Positions 1 to 10,369 of a stretch of DNA of 64,000 nucleotides are shown piece by piece. The translations under genes and the position numbers were made by a program. The stretch spans positions 88,425 to 152,424 of the forward strand of contig CAZXEH010000002.1 in assembly GCA_964639885.1 (NCBI GenBank). The letters are read 5' to 3'. Positions within the stretch are counted from its first letter, which is position 1, and every line of letters starts with the position of its first letter. The DNA is from an uncultured Caldisericales bacterium (lineage in GTDB: Bacteria > Caldisericota > Caldisericia > JAAYUI01). The notes beneath the pieces are model-generated. The model had not been told where the DNA came from, did no database searches, and worked only from the letters and a program-made list of their open reading frames with translations.

Positions 1-270
1 AACCCTGCCGAGAACGCCTTCGCCAACTGGAACGGTGATCGGTTTTTTTGTGTCGACGCACACCATGCCGCGCATAAGGAGTTCCGTTGGGCCGAGTGCA
101 ATGCATCTGACATCGGTTTCGTCAAGGATTTGTGCAACTTCGCAAACCAGCTTTTCAGGGAGGCTTGGATCGTTCACCTCAACGGCGCTTGTAAGCTCTG
201 GCAAACCGCCTTTTTCAAACCGGAAATCAATAACCGGTCCTTCTACTCTAATCAGTTTTCCCTGGCTCAT
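1..270 (-). CDS. atpD: ATP synthase F1 beta subunit, N-terminal part (runs off window edge)
   Basis: Not in ORF track; manual translation from ATG at 270 gives MSQGKLIRVEGPVIDFRF...EVAQILD...VRCIALGPT...PITVPVGEGVLGRV, a typical beta N-terminus; abuts atpG stop. Confidence 0.95.
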   Translation of the reverse strand, partial: MSQGKLIRVEGPVIDFRFEKGGLPELTSAVEVNDPSLPEKLVCEVAQILDETDVRCIALGPTELLMRGMVCVDTKKPITVPVGEGVLGRV

Positions 271-1131
271 CTATCTCTCCTTGATGGCATTGGCGCCGGA
301 TGTGATTTCTGTGAGTTCCTTGGTGATGGCTGCCTGGCGGGTTCTCTGGTATTTGATCCAGAGCTTCTGGCCAAGCTCCTCAGCGTTTTCCGTGGCCCGG
401 TGCATGCTCATCCTTCTCATGGCCTGCTCTGAGGCGGCTGCCTCAAGCAAGACCTTGTAAACAAACAGATCAACGTAGTTGCTCATAAGACCGTCAAGAA
501 TCTCTCTTGGTTCAGGTTTGAAAATAAACGTTTCAAGTGATTTCTTGTAGCCTTTTGTTATCGGCACAAGCGGAAGCATCTCTCTGATGACGCTTTCCTG
601 CTTGAGCACCGACTGAAACTCCATATAGGCAAAGCTGACAGACTGGATTTCGTTTGTGATATACATTTTTTTGATCACATGCGAAATCTTTTGAGCTACT
701 GAAAAGGTCACATGGTCAAGCAGGCCAGGTTCTTCAATGATAAACTCGTGTCCGTGTTTTTTGAACTGCTTTGCTGTCTTTTTTGAGGTTGTTCCCAGAA
801 AGACATTTTTGCCCTGGATGAAGTTTTCTGAAATTGTGGTTACGTTTGAGTTGAATGCTCCACAAAAACCCCTGTCAGAGGTGAGAATCATCAAAAGCGA
901 CTTTTCAACCGGTCTTGATTCAAAAAGCGGGGATACCGTAATGTCTTCGTGCACGTGCGCTGAAATCGAAAGAAGCAGCTCGCGCAGTTTTTCCACGTAC
1001 GGCACCGATTCCTCGACCTGCTTGCGCAGATGGTAAATCTTGACCACGGAGAGCATTTCCATCGATCTGGTGATGTGCGACACCGACTTGACCGATGATA
1101 TCCTCCTACGAAGTGCTCGAAGTGTCGCCAC
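271..1131 (-). CDS. atpG: ATP synthase F1 gamma subunit
   Basis: ITRSMEM, LTSDRGFCGAFN, ASEQAMRRMSM, RTRQAAITKEL motifs. Confidence 0.97.
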   Translation of the reverse strand: MATLRALRRRISSVKSVSHITRSMEMLSVVKIYHLRKQVEESVPYVEKLRELLLSISAHVHEDITVSPLFESRPVEKSLLMILTSDRGFCGAFNSNVTTISENFIQGKNVFLGTTSKKTAKQFKKHGHEFIIEEPGLLDHVTFSVAQKISHVIKKMYITNEIQSVSFAYMEFQSVLKQESVIREMLPLVPITKGYKKSLETFIFKPEPREILDGLMSNYVDLFVYKVLLEAAASEQAMRRMSMHRATENAEELGQKLWIKYQRTRQAAITKELTEITSGANAIKER

Positions 1132-2642
1132 TACTGGCTCCTGTAATCCTTTGCTATCTTGCCCACAACGTCAGCAACCTCTTCCCTGAGCGAATCGGTG
1201 AGTTTTGGGGAAACGGTCAGCTGGGTGATCACCGCAGGATTGGATTTCTTCACTTCATCGATGAGGTAGCGCTCGAAATCCTTTACCTTGTCTTTTGGCA
1301 GATCGTCAAAAGCACCGGTTGAGTAGGCAAGCAGAACAAGAACCTGCTGTCCAACAGGAAGCGGTGAATACTGCGGTTGCTTGAGCAATTCAACCAGACG
1401 CTCACCTCTGCTGAGTTTCTTCTGTGTAACAGGGTCAAGCTCAGCTCCAAACTGGGCAAATGCCTTGAGGTCGTTGTACTGTGAAAGGTCAAGCTTCAGT
1501 GTTCCACCGACTTTTTTCATCGTTGGGATCTGCGCTGCTCCACCGACACGTGAGACGGAAAGTCCTACGTTGACAGCAGGTCTGATACCTTCGTGGAAAA
1601 GCTCTTTCTCAAGGTGAATTTGACCGTCAGTGATGGATATGAGGTTTGTCGGGATGTACTGCGAAATATCGCCTGCCTGGGTTTCGATGACTGGCAGAGC
1701 GGTAACCGAGCCACCACCAAAATCCTTGTGGAGTTTTGCAGCTCTCTCAAGCAGTCTCGAGTGGAGGTAGAAAATGTCGCCCGGGTAAGCTTCGCGTCCA
1801 GGCGGTCTTCTAAGAAGCAATGCCAGTTCACGATAAGAATCGGCGTGCTTGCTCAGATCGTCGTAAATGATGAGGACGTGCTTACCTGCCTTCATGAACT
1901 CTTCGGCAATGGCGCATCCTACATAAGGGGCAATGTATCTGACTGCTGGCGACTGGTCGGCAAGAGAACCGACAACAATCGTATAATCCAGCGCTCCACC
2001 TTCGCGAAGCGTCTTTACTATGCCGGCAAGCGTTGATGATTTCTGGGCGATTCCGACATAGATGCAGATCATGTTCTGGTCTTTTTGATTGAGGATTGCA
2101 TCGATGGCTATGGCGGTTTTTCCGGTCTGTCTGTCACCGATGATCAGTTCGCGCTGGCCACGGCCGATTGGGAACAGGGCGTCAATGCACTTAAGACCTG
2201 TCTGCATCGATTCATGAACCGGTTCCCTGTCGATAACCGACGGCGCCTTCTGCTCAAGAGGAATGTGCTTGAGAGTAGCTGGGGCTGGTTTTCCATCGAT
2301 TGGCAAACCGAGCGGGTCGATAACGCGGCCGATGAGCTGGTGTGAGAACGGAACAGAAAGGACACGACCGGTTCTCGTAACTCTGTCGCCTTCCCTGACC
2401 ATCTTGTCATCGCCAAGAAGAACGACGCCGACTGATTCCGGTGAGAGCGAGAGGACGAATCCTTCGATTCCACCCTGGAAGGTCAGGATTTCACCGATGA
2501 AGGCATCGGAAAGGCCGGTAATGGTTGCAACGCCATCACCAACTGAAAAGACTACTCCGGCATTCTCAAGTTTAACTTCAAACTTTGTCTGGGTCAGTTG
2601 CCCCATCCACTCATTGAAGATTCTGTCAAGGGTTTCGGCCAT
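1131..2642 (-). CDS. atpA: ATP synthase F1 alpha subunit
   Basis: [38 protein letters not shown]. Confidence 0.98.
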   Translation of the reverse strand: MAETLDRIFNEWMGQLTQTKFEVKLENAGVVFSVGDGVATITGLSDAFIGEILTFQGGIEGFVLSLSPESVGVVLLGDDKMVREGDRVTRTGRVLSVPFSHQLIGRVIDPLGLPIDGKPAPATLKHIPLEQKAPSVIDREPVHESMQTGLKCIDALFPIGRGQRELIIGDRQTGKTAIAIDAILNQKDQNMICIYVGIAQKSSTLAGIVKTLREGGALDYTIVVGSLADQSPAVRYIAPYVGCAIAEEFMKAGKHVLIIYDDLSKHADSYRELALLLRRPPGREAYPGDIFYLHSRLLERAAKLHKDFGGGSVTALPVIETQAGDISQYIPTNLISITDGQIHLEKELFHEGIRPAVNVGLSVSRVGGAAQIPTMKKVGGTLKLDLSQYNDLKAFAQFGAELDPVTQKKLSRGERLVELLKQPQYSPLPVGQQVLVLLAYSTGAFDDLPKDKVKDFERYLIDEVKKSNPAVITQLTVSPKLTDSLREEVADVVGKIAKDYRSQ

Positions 2643-2646
2643 GACA

Positions 2647-3465
2647 TCACCTCATTGAGCTGACGGTGGATTCGATTATCTTGGCAACCGATGTGTCAAA
2701 GATTGTGTCGTCAAAAGCTAGCTTGAGTCCAGAGATGATTTCCGGGTTCACTTCGAAGGCATAGGACTGCTTTCCGGGAATTGTTGTACCGATGAAGTCC
2801 TTCACCTTGGCCTTGAGTGGTTCAGGAAGTTCAGAAGCTGACGTGATCACAACCTTCTTCACATCCTTGACCGTTTTCAGGAAGTCGCAAAGCTGGGTTT
2901 TCTGTCCTGAAAGGTCACAAGCCATCTGCTCGGGCAGGCTGTCGATAATGCTCTTGGTGTAGGAAACGCTGTTTCCAGTTCCAAAAACCTTGACGGCAAC
3001 TGACTTTGTAACCTGGGCGAGAATCTTTTTTGTCCTGTCCTTGAGCTGAATGTCAGTGATCTCGCGTTCACCCTTTGCTTCATCTTCAGCAGACTTGATG
3101 ATTGATTTTGCCTCTTCACGAGCCTTGATGATGATTTCTTCCTTCATGGATTCAGCGGACATGACGCTGTCAGACTGGATTCGCTTGGCCTGGTCGCGGG
3201 CTTCGGCTATGACCGTATCGGCTTCGGCAAGCTTCTTTTCTGATTCAGCCTGGAGCGCTTTTGCCTCGTCGATTTCCTTGGAGGCAGCACTCTTCCTCTC
3301 TGCAAGCATCTTCTGAACCGGCGTGTACAGGAATGATCTGAACAGCAAAACCAGCACGAGCAGGTTTATGAAAACAACAACCATTGTCACCCAGTCGACT
3401 CCCAGGAGTCCCGGGCCTGTCGCTTCGGATGTCGACAGTAGCATTGATGAAAGGTTCACCGTCAA
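2647..3465 (-). CDS. atpF: ATP synthase subunit b with fused delta/OSCP-like C-terminus
   Basis: N-terminal TM ([18 protein letters not shown]), long coiled coil, then delta-like VVITSA...[11 protein letters not shown]; no separate atpH before atpA. True start may be slightly downstream of the TTG. Confidence 0.85.
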   Translation of the reverse strand: MTVNLSSMLLSTSEATGPGLLGVDWVTMVVVFINLLVLVLLFRSFLYTPVQKMLAERKSAASKEIDEAKALQAESEKKLAEADTVIAEARDQAKRIQSDSVMSAESMKEEIIIKAREEAKSIIKSAEDEAKGEREITDIQLKDRTKKILAQVTKSVAVKVFGTGNSVSYTKSIIDSLPEQMACDLSGQKTQLCDFLKTVKDVKKVVITSASELPEPLKAKVKDFIGTTIPGKQSYAFEVNPEIISGLKLAFDDTIFDTSVAKIIESTVSSMR

Positions 3466-3468
3466 CTC

Positions 3469-3714
3469 CTAGAGGACGAACAGAATGACGAGTGCAACGG
3501 CGAGGGCGTAGATGACCAGTGACTCGATGAGAGCCAGCGAGAGGATGAGGGTTGTGAAAATCCTGTCTCCTGCTTCAGGCTGCCTGGCGATAGCGTCTAC
3601 AGCCGAGGCTGCCGCTTTTCCCTGTCCAAGTGCTCCGCCAAATGCGGCAATCGAGATTCCAAGTGCCGAGGCAAACATCTTTGCCACCGAGATTATTGCT
3701 GCTGAATTTTCCAT
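3469..3714 (-). CDS. atpE: ATP synthase subunit c (81 aa)
   Basis: Start re-set to ATG 3714 (TAATG overlap with atpB); GxGxGxG-like helix, RQPE loop, LIESLVIY. Confidence 0.95.
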   Translation of the reverse strand: MENSAAIISVAKMFASALGISIAAFGGALGQGKAAASAVDAIARQPEAGDRIFTTLILSLALIESLVIYALAVALVILFVL

Positions 3715-4730
3715 TAGTGTCCTCCTTTGGCTGAGACAGCCGGTTGCAGATATACCATGAACAGCATTGTAAATACCAATGCCTGAACGAATCCTGTGAA
3801 GAGACCGAGTACGAGAATGATACATGGCACAGCGAATGCCACCAGTGATGTGATGACTTCCAGAACGATGTGCTCACCTGTCAGGTTTCCAAAAAGACGG
3901 ACGGCAAGCGAGATTGGCTTGCTGACCTCTTCAAGGATGTTGATCGGGAGCATGATCGGTGTTGGTTTTATGTAGTGCTTGAGATAGTTTCCAAAGCCCT
4001 TGACCTTGATCCACTGGAAGTGGAAGTAGCTGACGGCTGTTAGTGCCAGCGCCAGCGTCACTGAAAGGTCGGTTGTTGGGGCGATGATCATTTTGATATT
4101 GATGTGGCCATAGAACGGAACCGTGAGGCTTGAGATGATTCCCAGCAGGTTCGAGATGACAATGAAACCAAACAGTGTACCAACAATGACTTCATATTTT
4201 TCACCGTCGTGACCGAGAATCATGTTTGTCAAGCCCTTTACAGAACCAACGAGCATTTCAGCCAGGGCTGCAAGAGTGGAACCCTTCTTCTTTAGGCCGA
4301 TTCCGAGAATAATTATGATTGCTGCAAAGATGAGTCCGGCGATGATTACTGCGAAGAAAGTGTTTGTCATTCTATGACCCCACAACACAACCGTTGTGAA
4401 TTGAGGCCCAACAGGAATGCGTTCATGCACAACCGCTGTTCCGCCAAACAAACCGGTGATGTAGGGAACTGCAAGAAGAGCGAACGACCAGCCGAAAAGA
4501 CCAAACACAAGAACCTTCGTCATGTACTTCGTCAGCTTGTCAAAAGCAACCTTGAGGAAAAGAGCCAGAATCAGACCAACATAGACAAGATTTGAAAATG
4601 GAGCTAGAGCAGATACTTGTGACGCTGCAATGCCATAACCGATTCCAAGCACAAGAAGAATGACCAGCCATGTGAAGTTTTGCTGGAAGAGCGGTACTTT
4701 TGGCTTTGCTACCTTTGCTTCTTCAGACAT
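3714..4730 (-). CDS. atpB: ATP synthase subunit a with N-terminal hydrophobic extension
   Basis: Start re-set to ATG 4730; SNLLGII, APTTDLSVTLALAL, SLAVRLFGN, VQALVF motifs. Confidence 0.95.
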   Translation of the reverse strand: MSEEAKVAKPKVPLFQQNFTWLVILLVLGIGYGIAASQVSALAPFSNLVYVGLILALFLKVAFDKLTKYMTKVLVFGLFGWSFALLAVPYITGLFGGTAVVHERIPVGPQFTTVVLWGHRMTNTFFAVIIAGLIFAAIIIILGIGLKKKGSTLAALAEMLVGSVKGLTNMILGHDGEKYEVIVGTLFGFIVISNLLGIISSLTVPFYGHINIKMIIAPTTDLSVTLALALTAVSYFHFQWIKVKGFGNYLKHYIKPTPIMLPINILEEVSKPISLAVRLFGNLTGEHIVLEVITSLVAFAVPCIILVLGLFTGFVQALVFTMLFMVYLQPAVSAKGGH

Positions 4731-5023
4731 CAATTGCCTCCATCCTTGTTTTTGCGGATGTAGATGATCCACCACACCCCCGACCCTACGGCAAATCCGG
4801 CCATTGAAGAAAGAATGCCGGCTATTCCGTATACCTTGTCCCAAAGAGTCAGGAGAAGCGGCAAGCACATGACGATCACTGCACCCATTGACCTGAGAGG
4901 ATTGGAGACGGCTGGAATGCCTTTCTCCATCGACTTTCTTGTCTGCGAGAACAGTGTCTGGAACCAAATATAGCCCAATCCGGCTCCCCAAGATAAACAA
5001 ACGATGATGATCAAGTAAATCAC
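4730..5023 (-). CDS. AtpR-like membrane protein of ATP synthase operon
   Basis: 97 aa, three hydrophobic segments, GAGLGYIWF pattern, between AtpQ-like gene and atpB, overlapping both. Confidence 0.6.
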   Translation of the reverse strand: MIYLIIIVCLSWGAGLGYIWFQTLFSQTRKSMEKGIPAVSNPLRSMGAVIVMCLPLLLTLWDKVYGIAGILSSMAGFAVGSGVWWIIYIRKNKDGGN

Positions 5024-5229
5024 AGCTTAAACCTCATTAAGGATTTTACCCCGGCTACAAGGCCACAAAGCATGAGCACAAGAAAGAAAATTGGCATTGT
5101 GTGCAACCAGCGGTCAAGGAAAAACCCAGCTAAACCACCAAGGGTAAGCGGTACAAGGAACATGACCAGCACCGTGATTGCAGTCATTCTTGACTTGACC
5201 ATTTCAGCTGCAATATTGCCTGTCTTCAT
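5020..5229 (-). CDS. AtpZ/AtpI/AtpQ-family small membrane protein
   Basis: GGLAGFFLDRW...G two-TM signature; ATGA overlap with nuoN stop. Confidence 0.8.
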   Translation of the reverse strand: MKTGNIAAEMVKSRMTAITVLVMFLVPLTLGGLAGFFLDRWLHTMPIFFLVLMLCGLVAGVKSLMRFKL

Positions 5230-6698
5230 GATCCAAACCCTTTTGCAGCCGTAAGAATTGCACTGTATATGATAGGCAGAAGTCCAATGAGCAGCGTGCC
5301 GGCCGTGCAGATGAACGCCGAGATGGTTGCCGGATTGCTCAAATACGTCATGGAGAGTTTGTCAGTGTCGCCGTTTTCAATGTACATGGCTTTTGCGATG
5401 TTGAAGTAGTAGAAAGCTGACAGAGCCGAGTTGAGGATTGCAGCGATGACGATCCAGTAGATGTGGGCGCTGACTGCGCTAGAGAAAACCCAGAGCTTTC
5501 CAAAGAAGCCTGCCGTGAAAGGGATTCCAAGCAGAGACACAAGAGCGATTGTCATGCACAATGCCAGTGCCGGATGGGTTTTTGAAAGTCCTTTGAAATG
5601 GTCGAGTGTCGTTCCTCCGCGTTCCTTTTCCACGACTTTTATAATTGAAAACACAGCAATGTTCATCAGGGCATAGGCGGTAACGTACATCAAAACACCT
5701 TGAATTGCACCACTTTTCATCGAATCATTGGCAAATATGACGACCACCGAGATGAGCATGTAGCCAATCTGTGCAATCGAGCTGTAAGCCATGATCCTTT
5801 TGACTTCAGTCTGAATCAGGGCCGTGATGTTGCCATATGTCATGGAAGCCACAGAGATACCCATAACGATGTAGGAGAGCAAATCCCTGAACAATGGGTA
5901 GGCTGGCACAGCAAATCCGGCAAACCTCGACAGGGCAACGAGAGCGCCTATTTTTGGAGCAACCGATATGAAAGCTGTTGAAACTGGTGGTGCCCCCTCG
6001 TAAACATCTGGCGCCCAGAAATGGAACGGAACGGCAGCAACCTTGAACGAAAGTCCGGCTATCACAAGCAGGAAACCAATTGTGTAGGCGTTGATCAGAC
6101 CCAGTGAGCCGATTGTCTCAACGTTGACCTTTGCAATCGAAATGAAATCAAAGCTCTTGGCAACCGAGAAGATCAATGAGATGCCATAAATTGTTATCGC
6201 CGAAGCAAACGCTCCGAGCAGGAAGTATTTGACAACTGCTTCTTTTGGCCGGATGTCACCAGTCTTGAGTCCTGCGAGCATGTAAAGTGGAATCGATGCA
6301 CACTCGATTGTCAGGTACAGGACAAGCAGGTTTGAAGTCTGAACCATAACCATCAAACCGCCAACAGAGAGCAGCAGCAGGAACAGGAACTCACCCTGGC
6401 GCTTTGATTCGACCGAGAACATGTCCATGCTTGAAAGCAAAACCGGATAGGCGATCAAGAGGAGCAGAACCCTGCAGTAAGCTGCGACATTGTCCTGGAT
6501 GATCAATGAACCGGACGGCATAACACCACTGAACAAGTTTGCATCTTTTGCCAATACCAGCAATGCTATTGTAATCACAGCAAACGCTAGAATTCCAAGA
6601 ACCCAGTTTTTTCTCGGCATCCTGATCACCGACGTCAGCAACAGAAGGCAGGCGCCGACAAAGACCACTATCTCAGGTATGAAGTAGTCGAGTGTCAT
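5226..6698 (-). CDS. nuoN: NADH-quinone oxidoreductase-like subunit N
   Basis: EAVVKYFLLG, FKVAAVPFHFWAPDVYEGAP, KRIMAYSSIAQIGY. Confidence 0.95.
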   Translation of the reverse strand: MTLDYFIPEIVVFVGACLLLLTSVIRMPRKNWVLGILAFAVITIALLVLAKDANLFSGVMPSGSLIIQDNVAAYCRVLLLLIAYPVLLSSMDMFSVESKRQGEFLFLLLLSVGGLMVMVQTSNLLVLYLTIECASIPLYMLAGLKTGDIRPKEAVVKYFLLGAFASAITIYGISLIFSVAKSFDFISIAKVNVETIGSLGLINAYTIGFLLVIAGLSFKVAAVPFHFWAPDVYEGAPPVSTAFISVAPKIGALVALSRFAGFAVPAYPLFRDLLSYIVMGISVASMTYGNITALIQTEVKRIMAYSSIAQIGYMLISVVVIFANDSMKSGAIQGVLMYVTAYALMNIAVFSIIKVVEKERGGTTLDHFKGLSKTHPALALCMTIALVSLLGIPFTAGFFGKLWVFSSAVSAHIYWIVIAAILNSALSAFYYFNIAKAMYIENGDTDKLSMTYLSNPATISAFICTAGTLLIGLLPIIYSAILTAAKGFGS

Positions 6699-6707
6699 GA
6701 TCCCAAC

Positions 6708-8243
6708 CTACTTCACAAACATCTGGTTTATCATGGTTATGAACGGAAGTGGAAATATTCCTATGAAGAAGCTGAGACCAAACAATGGGAGGGCAGCGAT
6801 GATTTCTCTGAAGTCAGCATCTTTTGCCGGTTGGTGTCCATCATCATGGGCAGCGACAGCGTGTGAATCGTGACCATGAGCATCATCGGTTTCTGGTGCA
6901 CCTTTCGGTTTTCCAAACATTACCCTCTGCATCATCCACAGCATGCAGGCTGCGTTTATGAGAATTCCAATGACAGCGACCCATGGTGACCAGTCAAAGG
7001 CGAGGTATGAGCCGTTCATCGAGAGGAATTCACCAACAAAACCGGAGAGCGCCGGAAGACCCATCGAAGCAAACGAGGCGATGATCAACATGATTGCAAT
7101 GACTGGAATCTTTGAGCCCATACCTGTGAGTTTTGAAATCTCTCTGGTGTGTTCCCTTTCATAGATGTAGCCGACGAGAAGGAAGAGCAGTCCGGTTATC
7201 AGTCCATGGCTGAACATAACCAGAATTGCACCCTGGAGGGCAACCTGCGAACCTGTCCAGGCGTAGGCTGCAACAGCTAGAAGAACGAAGCCCATGTGGT
7301 TTACTGATGTGTAGGCAACGAGCTTCTTTAGGTCTTTCTGGATCAATGCGCAGAAGGCTCCATAGACAATGCCAATCACAGCAAGGATTGCCATTGGCAA
7401 CGCCCACCATTTTGCTGCCTGAGGAAGGATTCCGACACCGATTCTGATGAGACCGTAGCCGCCCATCTTCAGGAGCACACCGGCAAGGAGAACCGAAATT
7501 GGGGCAGGCGCTTCGACGTGGGCATCAGGAAGCCAGGTGTGGAACGGGAAGGCCGGAATCTTGATGGCAAACGCAAGGAACATGGCTCCGAATGCAGGGA
7601 GGGCGAGTGCCCAGTTTGAAAATGAACCGCTCATTTTTACAAGATCAGGGATTGAGAATGTGTGTGTTGGAGCTGTGAAATAAATCGCAAGGATGGCCAC
7701 CAGCATGAACAGCGAGCCAACCAGTGTGTAGATGAAGAACTTGATCGAGGCGTAAAGTTTTCGTTCACCGCCCCAGATGGCGATCAGGAAGTACATCGGG
7801 ACAAGGACGATTTCCCAAAAGACGTAGAACATGACCAGGTCGAGAGCCACAAAAACACCAAGCAAGCCGGTGATCAAAAGCAGGTAGAGAGAGAAATACT
7901 CCTTGACCCTGGTTTTGATGGTGAAGCTGGCAAGGCAGGCGGTGACCGAAAGAAGGCAAGTCAGGAACACCAGAAGCATCGACATGCCGTCAACACCAAG
8001 GTGGAAACTGATACCCAAATCCTTGATCCATGGGGTGAAGTCCTGCACCTGGTAACCAGGAACAGAGGACTTGAACTGGGTCCAGATGAATATCGAAATA
8101 CCCAGCGATATGACGCAAATTACAAGAGAAAAATACTTTATAAAGGCTTCCTTGGTTTTGGGGATGAACAGAATGATTAGCGATCCCAGCAGCGGAAGGA
8201 AGGTCAAAGTTGTAAGCCAACCGTTGAATCCAATGTCTTGCAT
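6708..8243 (-). CDS. nuoM: Complex I-like subunit M
   Basis: FYVFWE, PFHTWLPDAHVEAP, KKLVAYTSVNHMG, GLPALSGFVGEF. Confidence 0.96.
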   Translation of the reverse strand: MQDIGFNGWLTTLTFLPLLGSLIILFIPKTKEAFIKYFSLVICVISLGISIFIWTQFKSSVPGYQVQDFTPWIKDLGISFHLGVDGMSMLLVFLTCLLSVTACLASFTIKTRVKEYFSLYLLLITGLLGVFVALDLVMFYVFWEIVLVPMYFLIAIWGGERKLYASIKFFIYTLVGSLFMLVAILAIYFTAPTHTFSIPDLVKMSGSFSNWALALPAFGAMFLAFAIKIPAFPFHTWLPDAHVEAPAPISVLLAGVLLKMGGYGLIRIGVGILPQAAKWWALPMAILAVIGIVYGAFCALIQKDLKKLVAYTSVNHMGFVLLAVAAYAWTGSQVALQGAILVMFSHGLITGLLFLLVGYIYEREHTREISKLTGMGSKIPVIAIMLIIASFASMGLPALSGFVGEFLSMNGSYLAFDWSPWVAVIGILINAACMLWMMQRVMFGKPKGAPETDDAHGHDSHAVAAHDDGHQPAKDADFREIIAALPLFGLSFFIGIFPLPFITMINQMFVK

Positions 8244-8244
8244 T

Positions 8245-10362
8245 TTACCTCCTGATGAAAACGATAATTATGACAATGAGTATGACAGCCAGCGAAGCAA
8301 ACATCACTGCTGCATAGTTTTGGACATAACCGGTCTGGGCTTTTCTCGTTTTCCCCGAGAGCCAGCCAAAGAACGCGGCCATGCCGTCAATGAATCCGTC
8401 AATCACATACTTGTCAAAAATTCCTGCAAAGTTTCCAAGCGTCACGCCCAGCCAGCCGGCACCGTTGACCATTCCGTCAACAATATTATGGTCAAACCAA
8501 TAGCAGATTTTGCCCCACTGTCTGGCAAGCCATGCAGCTCCGTTGACCATGCCATCGATGACATGCTGGTCAATCCAGAGGAACACCCTGGCAAAGAAGA
8601 ACATCGGCTTTATGGCAAGGAAAGTCCACGCTTCGTCGATGAACCACTTGTTCTTGAAGAAGACGTAGAAGGGTTTCAAAATCCTGATCAGTGTCTCTCG
8701 TTTCACCCACTGCCAGATGTAGATGGCTGCACCGACAAAAATGCCAAGCAAGGCAAGCCCCGTTGAGCCCCAGAGTACGAGCCAGTTGATCTCTTCGTGG
8801 AATTCGGCATGGATTAGCTTCTGGAAGATTTCACCAAGGAAAGGTGAGCCAACCAAGCCAATTACAACCGCAAACACTGCAAGAACGATCAACGGTGTCG
8901 TTGTTCTCCACGATGCTTCATGGGCGTGGTTTTCTTTCCTTGGCTTGCCAAAGAACGTCAGCCAGACGCACCTTGTCATGTAGTAAGGCGTCAGGAACGC
9001 TGCACACATGGCCATTATGAACGGAACCCATGCAATCGGGAATTCGCTTGTCATGTGGTAAGCATTGGCCAGGACCATGTCCTTGCTCCAGAACCCTGCA
9101 AACGGGAATATGCCTGCAAGGGCAATCGAGCCAAGGATGAAGGTCAAGCCTGTTGTTTTCATCTTTTTGTACAGACCGCCCATCTCGTGCATGTTCTGCG
9201 TGTGGGTGGCGTGAATGACAGAGCCTGAACCGAGGAAGAGCAATCCTTTAAAGAAAGCGTGGGTCATCAGGTGGAAGAACGCTGCAATGCAACCACCGGA
9301 GACCATAACAGATGTTGCTGCTGCAGCTTCACCGGCGTGGCCGCCTTCAATACCGCCGACAACCACCGATCCAAGACCAAGCACCATGTAACCAAGCTGA
9401 CTTATGGTCGAGTAGGCCAAAACCTTTTTGATGTCTTCCTGAACCGTTGCAATTGTGGCAGCAAAGAAGGCTGTGAATCCACCAATGCACATGACAACAA
9501 GCAACGCATCTTGCGTGAATAGGAAAAGCGTTCTAGAGACCATGTAAACGCCTGCTGCAACCATTGTCGCTGCGTGGATAAGCGCAGAAACCGGCGTCGG
9601 GCCTTCCATGGCGTTTGGAAGCCAGACATGAAGCGGGAACTGGGCTGATTTGCCGACTGCGCCCATGAAGATCAGGATTCCAACCAGAGGCGTCACGAGA
9701 CCGGCTGTTGCCCAGATGGCTGGCAGCTCAATCAAGTTGAGTGTTCCGGTTACCATGAAAACAATGACGATTCCGATGAACAGGCCGGCATCACCAACTT
9801 TTGTGACAAAGAAAGCTTTCTTGGCAGCCTGGTATGCTGAACGCTTTGCAAACCAGAAGCCGATGAGCAGGTACGAACACAAACCCACCAGCTCCCAGAA
9901 CATGAACAGCTGGAGAAGGTTTGAAGCCGTTACCACACCAAGCATTGACATGGTGAACAGCTGAAGTTCGGCGTAGAACCTTGCTATACCCGGGTCGCCG
10001 TGCATGTAGTCGATTGAGAAAAGGTGGACGAGGAATGAAACAAGCGTGACGACCACTAGCATGACCGCCGAGATGAAGTCAATCCTGAAGCCGAAGTCAA
10101 GAACAAAGGTTTTTGCAGCCCCATTCACAACACCGTCAAACTTCATCCATGTGAACGACTCGACACCCGGCTTTACTCCGTTGTAGGTGTTGATCGAGAC
10201 AATGATGAGAACGGCAATTGCACACGCAAGCGCCAGACCCATCATTATCGTGCCAAGCCTTGGCGCCCAGCCCTTTGCCTTCTTTGCAAACAAACCGATG
10301 ACCAGGAATCCCAGGAACGGGAAAATCATGGTCAATGCTGCAAGAATGATTGTTATGTCCAT
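8245..10362 (-). CDS. nuoL: Complex I-like subunit L
   Basis: GKSAQFPLHVWLPNAMEGPTPVSALIHAATMV, HLMTHAFFK, QTGYVQNYA. Confidence 0.96.
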   Translation of the reverse strand: MDITIILAALTMIFPFLGFLVIGLFAKKAKGWAPRLGTIMMGLALACAIAVLIIVSINTYNGVKPGVESFTWMKFDGVVNGAAKTFVLDFGFRIDFISAVMLVVVTLVSFLVHLFSIDYMHGDPGIARFYAELQLFTMSMLGVVTASNLLQLFMFWELVGLCSYLLIGFWFAKRSAYQAAKKAFFVTKVGDAGLFIGIVIVFMVTGTLNLIELPAIWATAGLVTPLVGILIFMGAVGKSAQFPLHVWLPNAMEGPTPVSALIHAATMVAAGVYMVSRTLFLFTQDALLVVMCIGGFTAFFAATIATVQEDIKKVLAYSTISQLGYMVLGLGSVVVGGIEGGHAGEAAAATSVMVSGGCIAAFFHLMTHAFFKGLLFLGSGSVIHATHTQNMHEMGGLYKKMKTTGLTFILGSIALAGIFPFAGFWSKDMVLANAYHMTSEFPIAWVPFIMAMCAAFLTPYYMTRCVWLTFFGKPRKENHAHEASWRTTTPLIVLAVFAVVIGLVGSPFLGEIFQKLIHAEFHEEINWLVLWGSTGLALLGIFVGAAIYIWQWVKRETLIRILKPFYVFFKNKWFIDEAWTFLAIKPMFFFARVFLWIDQHVIDGMVNGAAWLARQWGKICYWFDHNIVDGMVNGAGWLGVTLGNFAGIFDKYVIDGFIDGMAAFFGWLSGKTRKAQTGYVQNYAAVMFASLAVILIVIIIVFIRR

Positions 10363-10369
10363 GATCCTC

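Noticed and set aside
7662-8766. Long antisense ORFs opposite nuoM/nuoL (also 34784..35560, 39715..40446, 46387..47073, 1593..2036)
   Set aside because: They lie fully opposite well-supported genes, have no recognisable motifs, and are typical shadow ORFs.
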